A DNA stretch of 64,000 nucleotides from positions 6,698,001 through 6,762,000 of the forward strand of contig CM075988.1 in NCBI GenBank assembly GCA_038087875.1, in the 5' to 3' direction. This DNA is from Malacoraja senta. Lineage: Eukaryota. The notes under the pieces were generated by a model, which did no database searches, was not told the DNA's origin, and saw only the letters and a list, made by a program, of their open reading frames with translations. Every line of letters begins with the position of its first letter. Within the stretch, counting starts at the first letter, position 1. Both the position numbers and the translations under genes were made by a program. Below are positions 1 to 11,450 of this stretch, piece by piece.

Positions 1-129
1 GTGAGTGACCCAATGGTTGTGGGGTGTGGCAAGATCTTGATTGATAGGAAGTCTGACTAATGACAATCTGGATCAATGTCCAATCACAGTGCCCAGGATT
101 CTGATTGACAGGGAATTGGACCATCCCAT

Positions 130-2670
130 TGTGAATCATACCGGCCTGCCCATTCCAAGCAGATGAAGCTTTTTGTGGGCTTGGTTAATTCTTATTCATT
201 TTAACTCTCTTTCCAACAAGAAGAAGACTTTCATGACTTAAAGACAACGCTGACAACTACACTAGCCTCAGCCTTCCCAGTCCACCTAGCCATTATTAAG
301 TGCAATACCCATATGAGTGGCCATGACAAAGTCTCCCAGGGGAATGCCTGAGCTAATAGTACTGCTCACATGGCAACTTGTAAATTCTGGTCCAAAAAGA
401 ATTAATGATTCTAGTAAACAGAACAGACTTGTCAGACAAGGGAAGGTTTAGAAATTGCAAAGGGACGCCTTTGAATAGGAAAAATAATTATGGAAACGAA
501 AGGGCAGTGCCATTGATTCCACTACGGGACTCTGGATCACACCACTTTTGGACAAATTTGTGTAATTGATGTTTTTCTGTCTGTTATTTTATTTTATATG
601 CACTCCCTTGTGCATGCTGGTGAGAAGGAAAAACAATAGAGATACACCGTACAATTTAAAAACCTAATTGTGATGCCCATTTTCCTTTGTGAAAATTCCA
701 TGCTAATTTAGTAAATGTGTGAAATGGGAGGCAAGCTTATGAACGTATTTGGGTGTATCAACGTTTTAAGAGTTTGAATGATTTCCTTGAGGTGTGTATT
801 ACTGTGTTTTACTTTTGAGTGATGTTATTGTTTAAAGTGTGAATGTCTGTGAGATGTAGCATATTGTATGTGTAGCAACTTGTGAGTGGATGTCACAGGA
901 ATAAAGGTATAAAATAAGTAAATTTAAAGATTGTTACGTGTTTGTGGAACCGTTGGATGAATGCTGATTTAATCCTACACTTCAGATGAAATAGGATATC
1001 ATTGAATGAGCTTGCTCTTTTATGTAGTGTGTGTCTCTTTAAGAAGTCAGTAGCTGTGTGGAGGTGGAGCCACACAAGGTTATTTTTAATTCCTTTGGTC
1101 TTTGCAAATGTGTTAGCAATCTATGGAAATTAAGTTCATTCTTTATTTTCTCTTAACTTTCAATAGAGGAGAGATGAAAAAATGTAGGGTGTTTGTTTTG
1201 TCTTATTGGTGTTTTAAGTGTTTTCTTCCTATTTTTAAATCTTTTGAATTGAGTAAAAAAAAAGGAGACAATATCTCAGTCCTAAATGGCCTACCCCTTA
1301 TTCTTAAAGGGACTGGTTTCACGTTTCCAGAAGGCCACTTGTGCCAAAAGAGCGAGTGCTAACATATCAGTTATTGATCATCCATGTTATTAATTTGGGT
1401 TTTAAAAAAGGAGCAAGACTTTTATAATCAAATTGGTTAGTAAGTGGTGATGACATAAAATTGCAGGGTGTAGGTTGACTGAGACAGAATTTGACAGTTG
1501 GAGCATAATGTAGGAATATATATATATATATTTTCATTTAGGGAGGAAGAATAGAAAATAAGAGTATCTAAACTTTGGAATGTAACTCTGCAAGGGGATT
1601 TGGGTGTCCTTGTAGTTGAATAATGAAGCTAACGTGCTGGTTTAAAAAAAAAAAACAGCACGTTATTATTTGGCTGAAGATAGCCAGGGGCAAAGTGCCT
1701 GTAAAGAATGAAAAGTACATTAAGAATATCTTAAATAATGTTCTTTCTAATGTGGTGAAAATAACGATTTTTTTGTCTCTTAGAATGCAAATGAGGAGCC
1801 AGTTTTCCCGTTTCCTGTCTTAAATGTGTGGAAGGAAGCCTGTGTTTTTTGCTAGTTGATTACATCAGACCGTAGTTTGAGAAAAATAATTATGGGGAGT
1901 AAATGTTGAGATAATTGCAGTGCCAAATGGAAAATGAGTGTAGCCTGCAGATCAACATGGATAGATACATTTCATAGGACCCTTCCTCTAGCCATAAAAT
2001 AAAGGGTACTATTTAGCACTGATTGATTGCTTTACCTACTGGGTAACGGTATTTCCATGCTAAGATAGAACAGCTAGAATTGTGATAAGGAATCAAAGAG
2101 ATAATATTTAGGTAAGGGGTCCCTCTTTAGAGTGATCAGGGTAAATGTTTCACAGGAAAGGTGATGAAAGGGACTCTGCCTTGTCAGTAGTTAAAGAGTG
2201 ATTTCATATCTTCCACTAATTGCAGAGTTTTGGATTAGTGGAAGGAATGAATAGGACACTAAAAAGTTTAAGTGAAGTCTTGACTGAGACTGGACAGGAA
2301 TGGGTTAAGGTATTCAGCTATTTTGATGATTCAGAACAACCCCAGCTAGAGAGACTGGGTTAAAACCTTTCGAATTGATAACAGGATGAGCTGTGAAATT
2401 ACGATCTTACCTACAGGTTCTCAGCGATGAATTAATTATGTATGCACAGCAATTAACCCATGCCTTGCCAGGTCTGCTTGCAGGTATAAGAGTCACAGAA
2501 GCCACTATCCGTTGAACACAGGGACGAGTCCATACTATCAGACTACGTACTGATATGGTACTGGGATCAGAAGAAATTGGGACTGTGTTGAAAGGGACTG
2601 TTGCAGATGCTACCAACAACATCAATTGCAGTGAAGAGGATACATCTGATTGACTTGAAACAGTTCGGAG
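130..2670 (+). pseudogene. pol: Decayed endogenous retrovirus pol (RT thumb, RNase H C-terminus, integrase), heavily deleted and frameshifted
   Basis: Hand-translated motifs in the correct order: KQMKLFVGLVNF (~158-192, RT thumb); IKCNTH...VSQGNA*ANSTA (~295-366, RNase H end); HSLVHAG (~601-620, IN zinc finger His pair); LQI..FIGP and YLALIDCFTYWVTVFP (~1945-2057); DQGKCFTG (~2134); QSFGLVEGMNRTLK (~2223-2265); KGLLQMLPTTSIAVKRIH (~2592-2645, class I IN C-terminal motif). Confidence 0.8.
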
Positions 2671-2770
2671 AACCAAGAAAGGACAATGGGGCTATTGACC
2701 CTCTTTTATATTCTGGGGTTGGCCCATATAGACTGGACTTGGGGAAATAGTCTGTTTTTGTTTATGAGTT

Positions 2771-3445
2771 TTGAATTTGCCCTTCGTAATAATAAGTGTA
2801 TGCTGGTTGTGTAAGCACATTCCATATAATGGTGCGGAAGGAATACCTCTCATAACAATCCTCCTTAACCTTACTGAGATTCTGGCCTTGCACTGTTTTC
2901 GCAATAAAAAAACAACTAATGGGTGCCTTCAGAATGGCAAAGTCAAGGACCCATATTTAAAGGATGGTATGAGGTCTCTTTTAAGACAGGATGGAAGGGA
3001 AATGAGACCAGGGTTTGGGAAAAATACCATGGCTTAAATTAGTGAATTGCCCCAGAGCCCAGTTAATACTACCTGTTATTGTGACAGAAGAAGCGATGGA
3101 GTATACTTGAGGAACAGCATCTGCACCAAGGTTAGTGCTAATGGCCGCTGAGTCCAATAAATGGGACGTATTTTGTATGTGGATTCTGGGCATACCCATG
3201 GTTACCTGGTATGTACCTGGGGATGAGAAGAACTGGGAAAGGTTGATTAGGTCAACCTACAACTGAAGGGGATGCTGTTATTTGGCCTTTGTTGACCCTC
3301 ATGTGAGAGCTGTGTAACATCTAACTGAATTGTATATTCCTGATGAGGGCTAAGTGAAGTATATCAGATTCAGAGCAATTCTGGATGATTACTTTCCCAC
3401 TGTATGGGACAGCCTGTCCATCACGGGAATTGATTAATATGTCCC
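2771..3445 (+). pseudogene. env: ERV env, SU N-terminal part (decayed)
   Basis: Follows the integrase remnant and contains CWLCKHIP (2801-2824), the CXXC motif of gamma-type SU. Cut at 3446 by the Gypsy LTR. Confidence 0.7.
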
Positions 3446-3657
3446 TGTAGCGGCCTGAACGAGGTCAGTAAAAGGCCAGACGCCAGACGGGTTCAATTAG
3501 CAGACTTTAATGTTTTACCACGAGAGCACCCCACACACACACCTCGAGAGCACTAAATCCAGGGTCGACTGGAAACCCCGTGGCAGACCAGTCCACTGTC
3601 CTTCACTCGGCGAGGGGGATGATCCAAGGAGTGGCTTACCCCCCAGGGACCGCCACA
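3446..3657 (-). mobile_element. Gypsy 3' LTR (212 bp)
   Basis: Termini TGTAGCGG...CCGCCACA form an inverted pair with one mismatch. On the minus strand a G-run polypurine tract lies just before the LTR (plus-strand C run 3661-3668), and ATTAAA is inside it. Confidence 0.85.
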
Positions 3658-5258
3658 TGACCCCCCCCAAGTACCCGAGACACAAAACGGACAGGAGGCC
3701 GTACACGGCGGCCAGCGCGGGTACACACCATGCCCTGCCCCGGAACAGGCAACTGACCAACAGGTGCATGGGACCGAGTTACCAGAGGAGGTACCCTAGA
3801 CAGAGGCCGCCCTCGCTTACGAGGCCGCGCTACCAACACCGGCTGATCGATATCAATATGTGCTGGCTTCAACCGCGCAACTGAAACAGTCTCATGCCGA
3901 CCCCCCATGTCCAGGACGAAAGAGGATGAGCCATGTTCCAGTACCCGAAAGGGACCCTCGTACGGCCGCTGGAGAGGTGTCCGATGCGCATCCCTGCGCA
4001 GAAAAACGAACTGGCAGTCCACCAGGGCAGGCGGAACATGGGGACGGAAAGACCCATGACGAGACGTTGGCACCGGCGCCAACTTGCCCACCGTGTGCCG
4101 AAGACGTTGTAGAGCGTCCGAAGGCTGCTCCGCCTGACCACGTGCCGACGGGATGAATTCCCCGGGCACCGTCAACGGAGACCCATATACCAACTCGGCG
4201 GAGGAGGAGGCTAAGTCCTCTTTGGGTGCGGTGCGGATCCCCAGCAAAACCCACGGCAGAGCGTCCACCCAGTCCGGATCCTTGAGCCGTGCCTTCAGGG
4301 CGTCCTTAAGTTGACGGTGAAACCGCTCCACCAAGCCGTTCGCCTGCGGGTGGTACGCCGTCGTGTGGTGCAGACGAACACCCAGGAGACGTGCCATGGC
4401 CGCCCACAGTTCCGACGTGAACTGAGGCCCCCGGTCGGAAGTTATGTCCAGTGGCACTCCGAACCTGGCGATCCAATGCGCCACCAAGGCTCGAGCGCAA
4501 GTAGTCGTTGCCGAATTCGGTAGCGGGATGGCTTCAGGCCACTGCGTAAAGCGGTCCACAACGGTGAATAGGTAGGTCATGCCCTGGGACGACGGCAGCG
4601 GCCCCACGATGTCCACGTGAATGTGGTCGAAACGCTGCCTTGGAATGGGGAACTCCTGCAACGGCGCGCGCACGTGTCGTTGCAACTTGGCGGTCTGGCA
4701 CGAGATGCAGGTGCGCGCCCAGTGTCCAACCTCCTTCCGCAGTCCGTGCCACATGAAACGGGAGGCCACCAGGGCCGTTGTCGCCCGGATGGAGGGATGC
4801 GCAAGCCCATGGAGCACCTCAAACACCCTGCGCCGCCAGGCGATGGGGACAATGGGTCGCGGAACCCCAGAGGAGACATCGCACAGCAGCGTTGCACCCC
4901 CAGGACCACAGACAACGTCCTCCAACTGCAGGCCCGAAACTGCCGTACGATAAGCGGACATCTCCTCGTCGACCAACTGAGCGGCTGCTAGGGCGGAATA
5001 ATTGATCCCCTCGGCGACTTGGAGAACCGCGTTGACTGCAGGTCTAGATAAGGCATCGGCCACTTTGTTGAATTTGCCCTCAACGAACCGGATGGAGGTT
5101 GTGTATTCGGACACATACGCCAACTGCCTCTGTTGCCGGGCAGACCACGGGTCTGAAACCTTGGCGAACGCGAAGGTTAACGGCTTGTGGTCCGTAAACA
5201 CAGTAAACAGCCTCCCCTCCAGGAAATAGCGGAAATGGCGTACAGCGAGATATAGGGC
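3636..5258 (-). CDS. pol: Ty3/Gypsy pol fragment: RNase H C-terminus plus complete integrase, 5'-truncated
   Basis: Uninterrupted frame with ALYLAVRHF..FTDHKPL, NKVADALSR, H-x3-H...C-x2-C, HIHVDIVGPLP, ITSDRGPQF, TTAYHPQANGLVERFHRQLK and GPFRV. The frame runs into the LTR. Confidence 0.95.
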   Translation of the reverse strand, partial: ALYLAVRHFRYFLEGRLFTVFTDHKPLTFAFAKVSDPWSARQQRQLAYVSEYTTSIRFVEGKFNKVADALSRPAVNAVLQVAEGINYSALAAAQLVDEEMSAYRTAVSGLQLEDVVCGPGGATLLCDVSSGVPRPIVPIAWRRRVFEVLHGLAHPSIRATTALVASRFMWHGLRKEVGHWARTCISCQTAKLQRHVRAPLQEFPIPRQRFDHIHVDIVGPLPSSQGMTYLFTVVDRFTQWPEAIPLPNSATTTCARALVAHWIARFGVPLDITSDRGPQFTSELWAAMARLLGVRLHHTTAYHPQANGLVERFHRQLKDALKARLKDPDWVDALPWVLLGIRTAPKEDLASSSAELVYGSPLTVPGEFIPSARGQAEQPSDALQRLRHTVGKLAPVPTSRHGSFRPHVPPALVDCQFVFLRRDAHRTPLQRPYEGPFRVLEHGSSSFVLDMGGRHETVSVARLKPAHIDIDQPVLVARPRKRGRPLSRVPPLVTRSHAPVGQLPVPGQGMVCTRAGRRVRPPVRFVSRVLGGGHVAVPGG

Positions 5259-5685
5259 ATGGATTGGAGAAATTGTTTAATTAAATGGTGGATGTCTTTA
5301 CCTACAAGTAAAAGGCCCTTTCATCCATTATGACTGAAATGGATGCACTTTGCCGTATATCCCTATAGGATAATAGGAAAAATGTGCTATTATAGGGTGT
5401 GAATGCTGCACTTACATTCTCGATGAATCCTCTAAGATTGCAGATTTATTAGCACATATCACCAGAGAAATTAAAAAGATTACAGAGGTTGGAGAAGAGA
5501 TGCATAACTTTAATAAAAGTGGAGAATGGTGGCCATTTAGTATGTTTGGAGGAATATGGGAAATGATAATTCACTATGGATCCATTGTACTGCTGATTGT
5601 TGGATTAATTTATGTACTGAAATGCCTGAAGCCTTTACTATGTACTAACCAAGGACTATATTGTTATCATTCATATGATAAATAG
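5259..5685 (+). pseudogene. env: ERV env TM subunit (heptad remnant, CX6CC, membrane anchor)
   Basis: CAIIGCECCTYI at 5383-5418 (CX6CC) is in frame with ORF 5500-5685, which has a Trp-rich membrane-proximal region and a hydrophobic anchor (IVLLIVGLIYVLKCL). The upstream heptad region contains stops. Confidence 0.85.
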
Positions 5686-5692
5686 GAGGGAA

Positions 5693-6403
5693 TGATAATA
5701 TCCTAGTTAATAATGGAATATTTTATGTATTTTATTAAGTAGAGATTAATTTGGGTTTTGGGTTCTGAGTAAATGAAAGCTTTGAAAATTGGGTTCTGTA
5801 GAAGGGCTGGGTAATCAGGAAATTGGAGGCCAGCATTCAAACTGCATCCAAGCTGCTTCCTGTTGTGCCCAAGCAAACAATATTGACAATGGTGAGAGGG
5901 GATGTACTTGCTGAGAAGGTTCTGGCTTCTGTAAACACAAGCCTTGGGAGAGGATGAGCTTCCTGAGAAATTGGTATTCTCTGCTAGCAGAAACTTCTGT
6001 GGGCACTGATCCTTACATTGTTTAAGAAGATACTGCAGATGATAGACCTTTGACTAACTTCCTGTTATTTGGGGTTTCGTAACTAAAGTTTGTGATCGAT
6101 ATAACCATAGCATAAGAAGTATTGTATTGATGACAAGCATGCTTTGAATGGGTAGAGCTGTGATTGATATGTTAGACGTCATTGCTGCCATTCTGTATGA
6201 ACATGAGACCATGTTTCCAAAACAGTATAAAAAGATGCTGTATGTCTTCATTCATTAGAGTGATGGCCTGGGAGGAGTTAAGTATCTGCTGTATGCTTGA
6301 CTTTGTATCTCCTAGCACTCTCTAGCTAAATGATCATTAAAGCATGTATTGGTTTTACCCAACTTATTGTAAGTTGTCTGTTTTAGGAAAATGAACCTTA
6401 ACA
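5693..6403 (+). mobile_element. ERV 3' LTR (~711 bp)
   Basis: Purine tract AATAGGAGGGAA (5681-5692) directly precedes TGATAA. The LTR ends TTAACA (inverted termini, one mismatch), with ATTAAA near 6336. Penelope sequence starts at 6404. Confidence 0.75.
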
Positions 6404-8130
6404 GAGGAAGAACCAGAGGGCTTTGTGACCATCCTGGTGGGGGATGGAGGTGTAGAGTGACTGGACGGCCATGGTGAAGATGAGGGGGTGAGGGCCTAGA
6501 GAATGGAATGCACAGAGATGACGGAGAGTGTCTGAGGTGTCTTGAACATAGGTAGGGAGGGATTTAACCAAGGGGGATAGGATGGAGTCAAGGTAGGTGG
6601 AAATGAGTTCGGTGGGGCATGAACAGGCAGAGACAATGGGTCTACCGGGACAGTCAGGTTTGTGGATTTTGGGGAGAAGGTAAAATTGGGCCGTGCGGGG
6701 CTGAGGAACGATGAGGTTGGAGGCTCGGTCGGGCAGGGCGTGGGAGTGGATGAAGTCGGTGATGGTGCTGGAGATAATAATAATAATAATAATAAATTTT
6801 ATTTATGGGCGCCTTTCAAAAGTCTCAAGGACACCTTACAAAGTTTAACAAATAGTAGAAACATGTAAGCAGAATGAAATAAATAGTAAAGCCATCATGA
6901 AATAAATAGTAAAGCCATGACAAATTAGAGAATTCAATCCAAAAACAAAAATCAAAAACACAATATGGAAGAGAGAGCAGCAGCTGCTAAAGCGCGCCAG
7001 CGTCCACTCTCCCTTCCGGCAGCCATCTTGGACATAAAATAAAATATCATTATGGTGGCCTGGTGCTCATCAGTGGGGTCATGGTCCAGGGGTAAGTAGG
7101 AGGAGGTATCCGAAAGTTGGCGCGTGGCCTCGGCTTTGTAGAGATCGACGCGCCAGACTACCACGGCACCTCCCTTGTCAGCGGGTTTGATAACCCAATC
7201 TGGGTTGTTGCGGAGTGAGTCGATGGCAGTGCGTTCAGAGGGGGAGAGATTGGAATGAGACAGGGGAGTGGAGAGGTTGAGGCGGTTGATGTCACGGCGG
7301 CAGTTTTTGATAAAGAGTTCTGAAGCCGGAAGGCCACGAGGGGGGTTCCACGAGGAGGGGGTGCATTGGAGACGGGAAAAGGGGTCATCAATGGGGGACG
7401 AGGACTCCTTCCCATGGAAGTACGCTGTGAGGCGGAGGCGACGGTAGAAGAGTTCCAAGTCATGGTGGGCGCGGAACTCATTGAGGTGGGGACGGAGGGG
7501 GACAAACGTAAGACCTCTGCTGAGGACAGACCGTTCTATGTCGGAGAAGGGGAGGTCGGGGGGGATGGTGAACACCCGGCAGGGATGGGGGTTGGGGCCG
7601 GAGGAAGGCAGGTGGGTGGACTGGGGACGAGGCGATGTGTGGTGGGGGGGTGGCGGGTGGTGGGGGGGGTGGTGGGTCGTCAGGGGGTGGGGGGGTGAGG
7701 GGGTGAGGGCTGTAGTGTGGGTGGGGAAGAGCAGGGGTCCCATAGTTAGAGAGGGATGGGGAAGATTCAGTGGAATTGCCACTGAGGTAACCAGGACTAT
7801 GCAATCTAGCACTAGGACCCAGTGGAGTCAAACCCAGGAGAGTGGGAGTGAGCAGCGTGGAGGCTTCAGGCCCAGTACAGAGTCCAGTTTGCAGGTGAGG
7901 CGACGGCTGCGGGCTGCTGGAGGGAGGTGCAGTGGCGAGGGCCGGCGGACCCGATGGTAGGAGTCCGTGGGCAGTAGAATCGGGGTCCGCGGGCGATGCG
8001 TGGGAGGTCCCGGTGGGCGGATGGTCGGTAAGTTGGAGCTGAACCTGGCCGCACAGTCATGTGTATGAAAGGGAGTACAGTAGGGGGCTGAGGACGCAAC
8101 ATTGGGGGGATCCAGTGTTCAGGGTGTGGG
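6404..8130 (-). mobile_element. Penelope-like element, 5' half (N-terminal region and RT start)
   Basis: ORF 6952-7812 has LSRGLTFVP and IKPADKGGAVVVW. After the insertion the frame continues as FYLLPKIHKP..PGRPIVSAC..SLYTSIPH (6404-6770). Preceded by a Pro/His-rich low-complexity segment. Confidence 0.9.
6774..7048 (-). mobile_element. Short non-coding retroposon with L2-type 3' tail, inserted in the Penelope ORF
   Basis: Minus strand starts near CAAGATGGCTGCC and ends GTAAGGTGTCCTTGAG..GAAAGGCGCCCATAAATAAA(TTA)n. The Penelope frame rejoins across it. Confidence 0.7.
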
Positions 8131-8139
8131 GGTTGGAGG

Positions 8140-8296
8140 TGTATCTACCCAACTTGACCACCTGGGGCCTGGCGGTCAGAAAGTCCAGGACCCAGGCACA
8201 CAAGTGTTCAGTCCCAGTTCAATCTGCTTAACAGCAAGTCTGGTGGAGACTATGGTGTTGAAAGCTGAACCGTAATCGATGAACAGCAGCCTCGCA
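8140..8296 (-). mobile_element. Rex1/Babar LINE RT fragment
   Basis: RLLFIDYGSAFNTIV..LCAWVLDFLTARPQVV. Confidence 0.75.
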
Positions 8297-10089
8297 AAGC
8301 ATTACATAGAATAGTACCCAAAGGAAATCTCGTACAGCTTCTCGAGCAAGTCGGTCAGTAGGCACTGGCAAACAACACTCAGAACAAAATTGGTTCAATG
8401 ATTCACAAGTACTTTTTTCAAATGAATCACCAATTATCATATCTTTGTAATCTTTCATCTTTGTTTTCTCTCTCCATCTCACTCTGAGCTGAGCTGCATG
8501 AAAGCCAGATTCAGGGTACAAGTTAAACACACAATTCCCGCCCACACAGTCCTTTTGTTCTGTCCACCAACTTCTCTGCCACAGAAAACTAACTAATTGT
8601 CTCTCTATCCTAATTCTGGTAAAGAGTCCTGGGCCTGAAACGTTAACTGTTTCACTTTCCATAGATGCTGCCCAACCTGTTGAGTATAGGACCTGTCCCA
8701 CTTGGCGATTTTTTCCGGCGACTGCCGGCGTCATATCAGTGTCATCAAAAGATTTTGAACATTTCAAAGTTTTTGAACATTTGAAAATCCAGCGGCGACA
8801 AAAAATGTTGCGACACTTGAAAAAACACCGCCCGTCAATACGTCATCACGCCGCGTCGTGTCGCATCACATCACATCACGCCGCGACTTTTTCGGTGACC
8901 TGATGCATCAGACAATGATGCCGGCAGTCGCCGAACAAATCGCCAAGTGGGACAGGCCCTTATGTCCACCACTTTCTGATTTTATTATTGAAGTCCAAGG
9001 TATGGTGCTGACATGGATAGAAAATTGGTTGGCAGACAGGAAACAAAGAGTAGGCATTAACGGGTCCCTTTCAGAATGGCAGGCAGTGACTAGTGGGGTA
9101 CCGCAAGACTCGGTGCTGGGACCGCAGCTAGTTACAATATACGGGTGATTCTTCAGTAAGTGTCTACTTTGAAGTTTCTGGAAACTCGATTAACAGCAGC
9201 CTCGCAAAGCATTACATAGAACATAGAATAGTACCCAAAGGAAATCTCGTACAGCTTCTCGAGCAAGTCGGTCAGTAGGCACTGGCAAACAACACTCGGA
9301 ACAAAAATTGGTTCAATGATTCACAAGCAGATATTACTTTTTTCAAATGAATCATTAATTATCATATCTTTGTAATCTGTCACCTTTGATTTCTCTCTCA
9401 GTCTCACTCTGAGTTGAGCAGATAATTGAGCAGATAACTGCATGAAAGCCAGATTCAGGGTACAAGTTAGACACACAATTCCTGCGCACACAGTCCTTTT
9501 GTCCTGTCCACCAACTTCTCAGCCACAGAAAACTAACTCATTATCTCTCTATCCTAATTCTGGTAAGGAGTCCTTGGCCTGAAACGTTAACTCTTTCTCT
9601 TTCCATAGATGCTGCCCAACCTGTTGAGTATAGGACCTGTCAAACTTGGCGATTTTTTTTCGGCGACTGCCGGCGTCATATCAGGGTCATCAAAAGATTT
9701 TGAACATTTCAAAGTTTTTTCAACATTTCAAAATCCAGCGGCGACAAAAAATATGTTGTGACACTTGAAAAAACGCATCACGCCGAGACTTTTTCGGTGA
9801 CCTGATACATCAGTAAATGATGCCGGCAGTCGCCGAAAAAAATCGTCATAATTCGTCATTATGTCCACTATTTTCTGATTATATTATTGAAGTCCAAGGT
9901 ATGGTGTTGACATGGATAGAAAATTGGTTGGCAGACAGGAAACAAAGAGTAGGGATTAACGGGTCCCTTTCAGAATGGCAGGCAGTGACTGGTGGGGTAC
10001 CGCAAGGCTCGGTGCTGGGACCGCAGCTAGTTACAATATACGGGTGATTCTTCAGTAAATGTCTACTTTGAAGTTTCTAGAAACCCGAT
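8277..10089. repeat. ~900-bp direct tandem duplication (8277-9186 and 9187-10089)
   Basis: Both copies carry the same order: unique sequence, Penelope end, MITE, CR1 RT piece. CGAT occurs at all three junctions. Confidence 0.95.
8688..8960. mobile_element. PIF/Harbinger-type MITE (a duplicate at ~9632-9859 lacks the right TIR)
   Basis: TIR AGG(A/G)CCTGTCCCACTTGGCGATTT at both ends, flanked by TAT. Confidence 0.75.
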
Positions 10090-10959
10090 TATAAAACTTA
10101 AATTTTTGCAACTTTGAATGTTTCACATAGATGAACATCTCTACTATGGGAAAAATATGTTTGGCGCAATCTTTTAGAAAATTTAATTTATTTTTTCCTA
10201 TTCTTTTTCCAGATTGCCCATTGCATTCAGTCATATCCGTTGCATTTTTATGATGAACAACACTGTAAAATATAACTGATTTAAGAATATAAAATCAAAT
10301 TTTTGTTGCAGTCTTTCAAAATATAGAGTATCTTCCTCCAATAAACCACCAAAGAAATACTTTTTCAGTCTAACGCATTGATTTTAAACCTTCGTAACAA
10401 TTTAGTGCTGAAAAAAGTGGTGATTTTCAGCAAGAATGGTAACCTTCACATAACTTTTCACCAACTTCCTCTAAAATAATATTAACTTCAGATGAATAGG
10501 CAGAAGCATGTTGTTCATTTATCAATTACAATTCATAATTATGGTAATTGTTATATTATTTTACATATTATGAGCATAAAATACTGTGACAGATATCTCA
10601 GCGTGATGGAGATGTGGGTGATAAAATATCTATCACCCCATTACCCACAAAGGGTAATTGAGTTTCACTGTACCTTGATTGGTACATGTGACAATAAACA
10701 ACCTTTGAAACTATTAAACCAATTCCCCGTGACTTTTTTTATAACAAGAAATACGTTTAAGTTCCCTTTTATGCTCCACAATTCAAGCTCTTGGTCTTTT
10801 ATTACAACTCAAGTTTTTCTTTCAACTCTCAACTCACTTTCAAATTTCACTTCATAGTTAAAATTTCCAGGTGCAGAAAAACTGTTCTCTGTAAAGCATA
10901 ACCACATCCTGTTGTTGATTGATCTGTGTCCATTTCCTGCAATATTTTGTGAGAAATTG

Positions 10960-11450
10960 TCAGCACCATATCTGAGAAAGGCTGTGCAAATATTGCAGGA
11001 ATGAGTGGGTTAACCTATGATGAGTATTTGACAGCAGTGGGCCTGCACACGCTTGAGTTTAGAAGAACGAGGGGGGACCTCATTGAAATGTACAGAATAG
11101 TGAAAGGCTTGGATAGAGTGGATGTGGGGAGGAGAGACTAGTGGGAGAGTCTAGGACTAGAGGTCATATCCTCAGAATTAAAGGACGTTCTATTAGGAAT
11201 TTCTTTTGTCAGAGGATGGTGAATCTGTGGAATTCTTTGTCACAGAAGGCAGTGGAGGCCAAGTCAGTGGATATTTTTAAGGCAGAGATAGACAGATTCT
11301 TGATTAGTATGGATGTCAGAGGTTATGGAGAGAAGACAGGAGAATGGGGTTAGGAGGGAGAGATAGATCAGTCATGATTGAATGGCGGAGTAGACTTGAT
11401 GGACTGACTGGCCTAATTCTACTCGTATCACTTATGACCTTATGACCTTT
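10960..11450 (+). mobile_element. CR1 LINE 3' end
   Basis: LEFRR.RGDLIE..ESRTRGH..NLWNSL motifs followed by a CR1 tail. Confidence 0.85.

Noticed and set aside
3510..5229. Many overlapping ORFs on both strands around the Gypsy fragment
   Set aside because: Shadow frames of GC-rich pol sequence; only 3636-5258 (-) has domain motifs.
10212..10274. Strong plus-strand acceptor-like TTCTTTTTCCAG followed by a short frame
   Set aside because: No donor, partner exon or recognisable product; such sites are common in AT-rich DNA.
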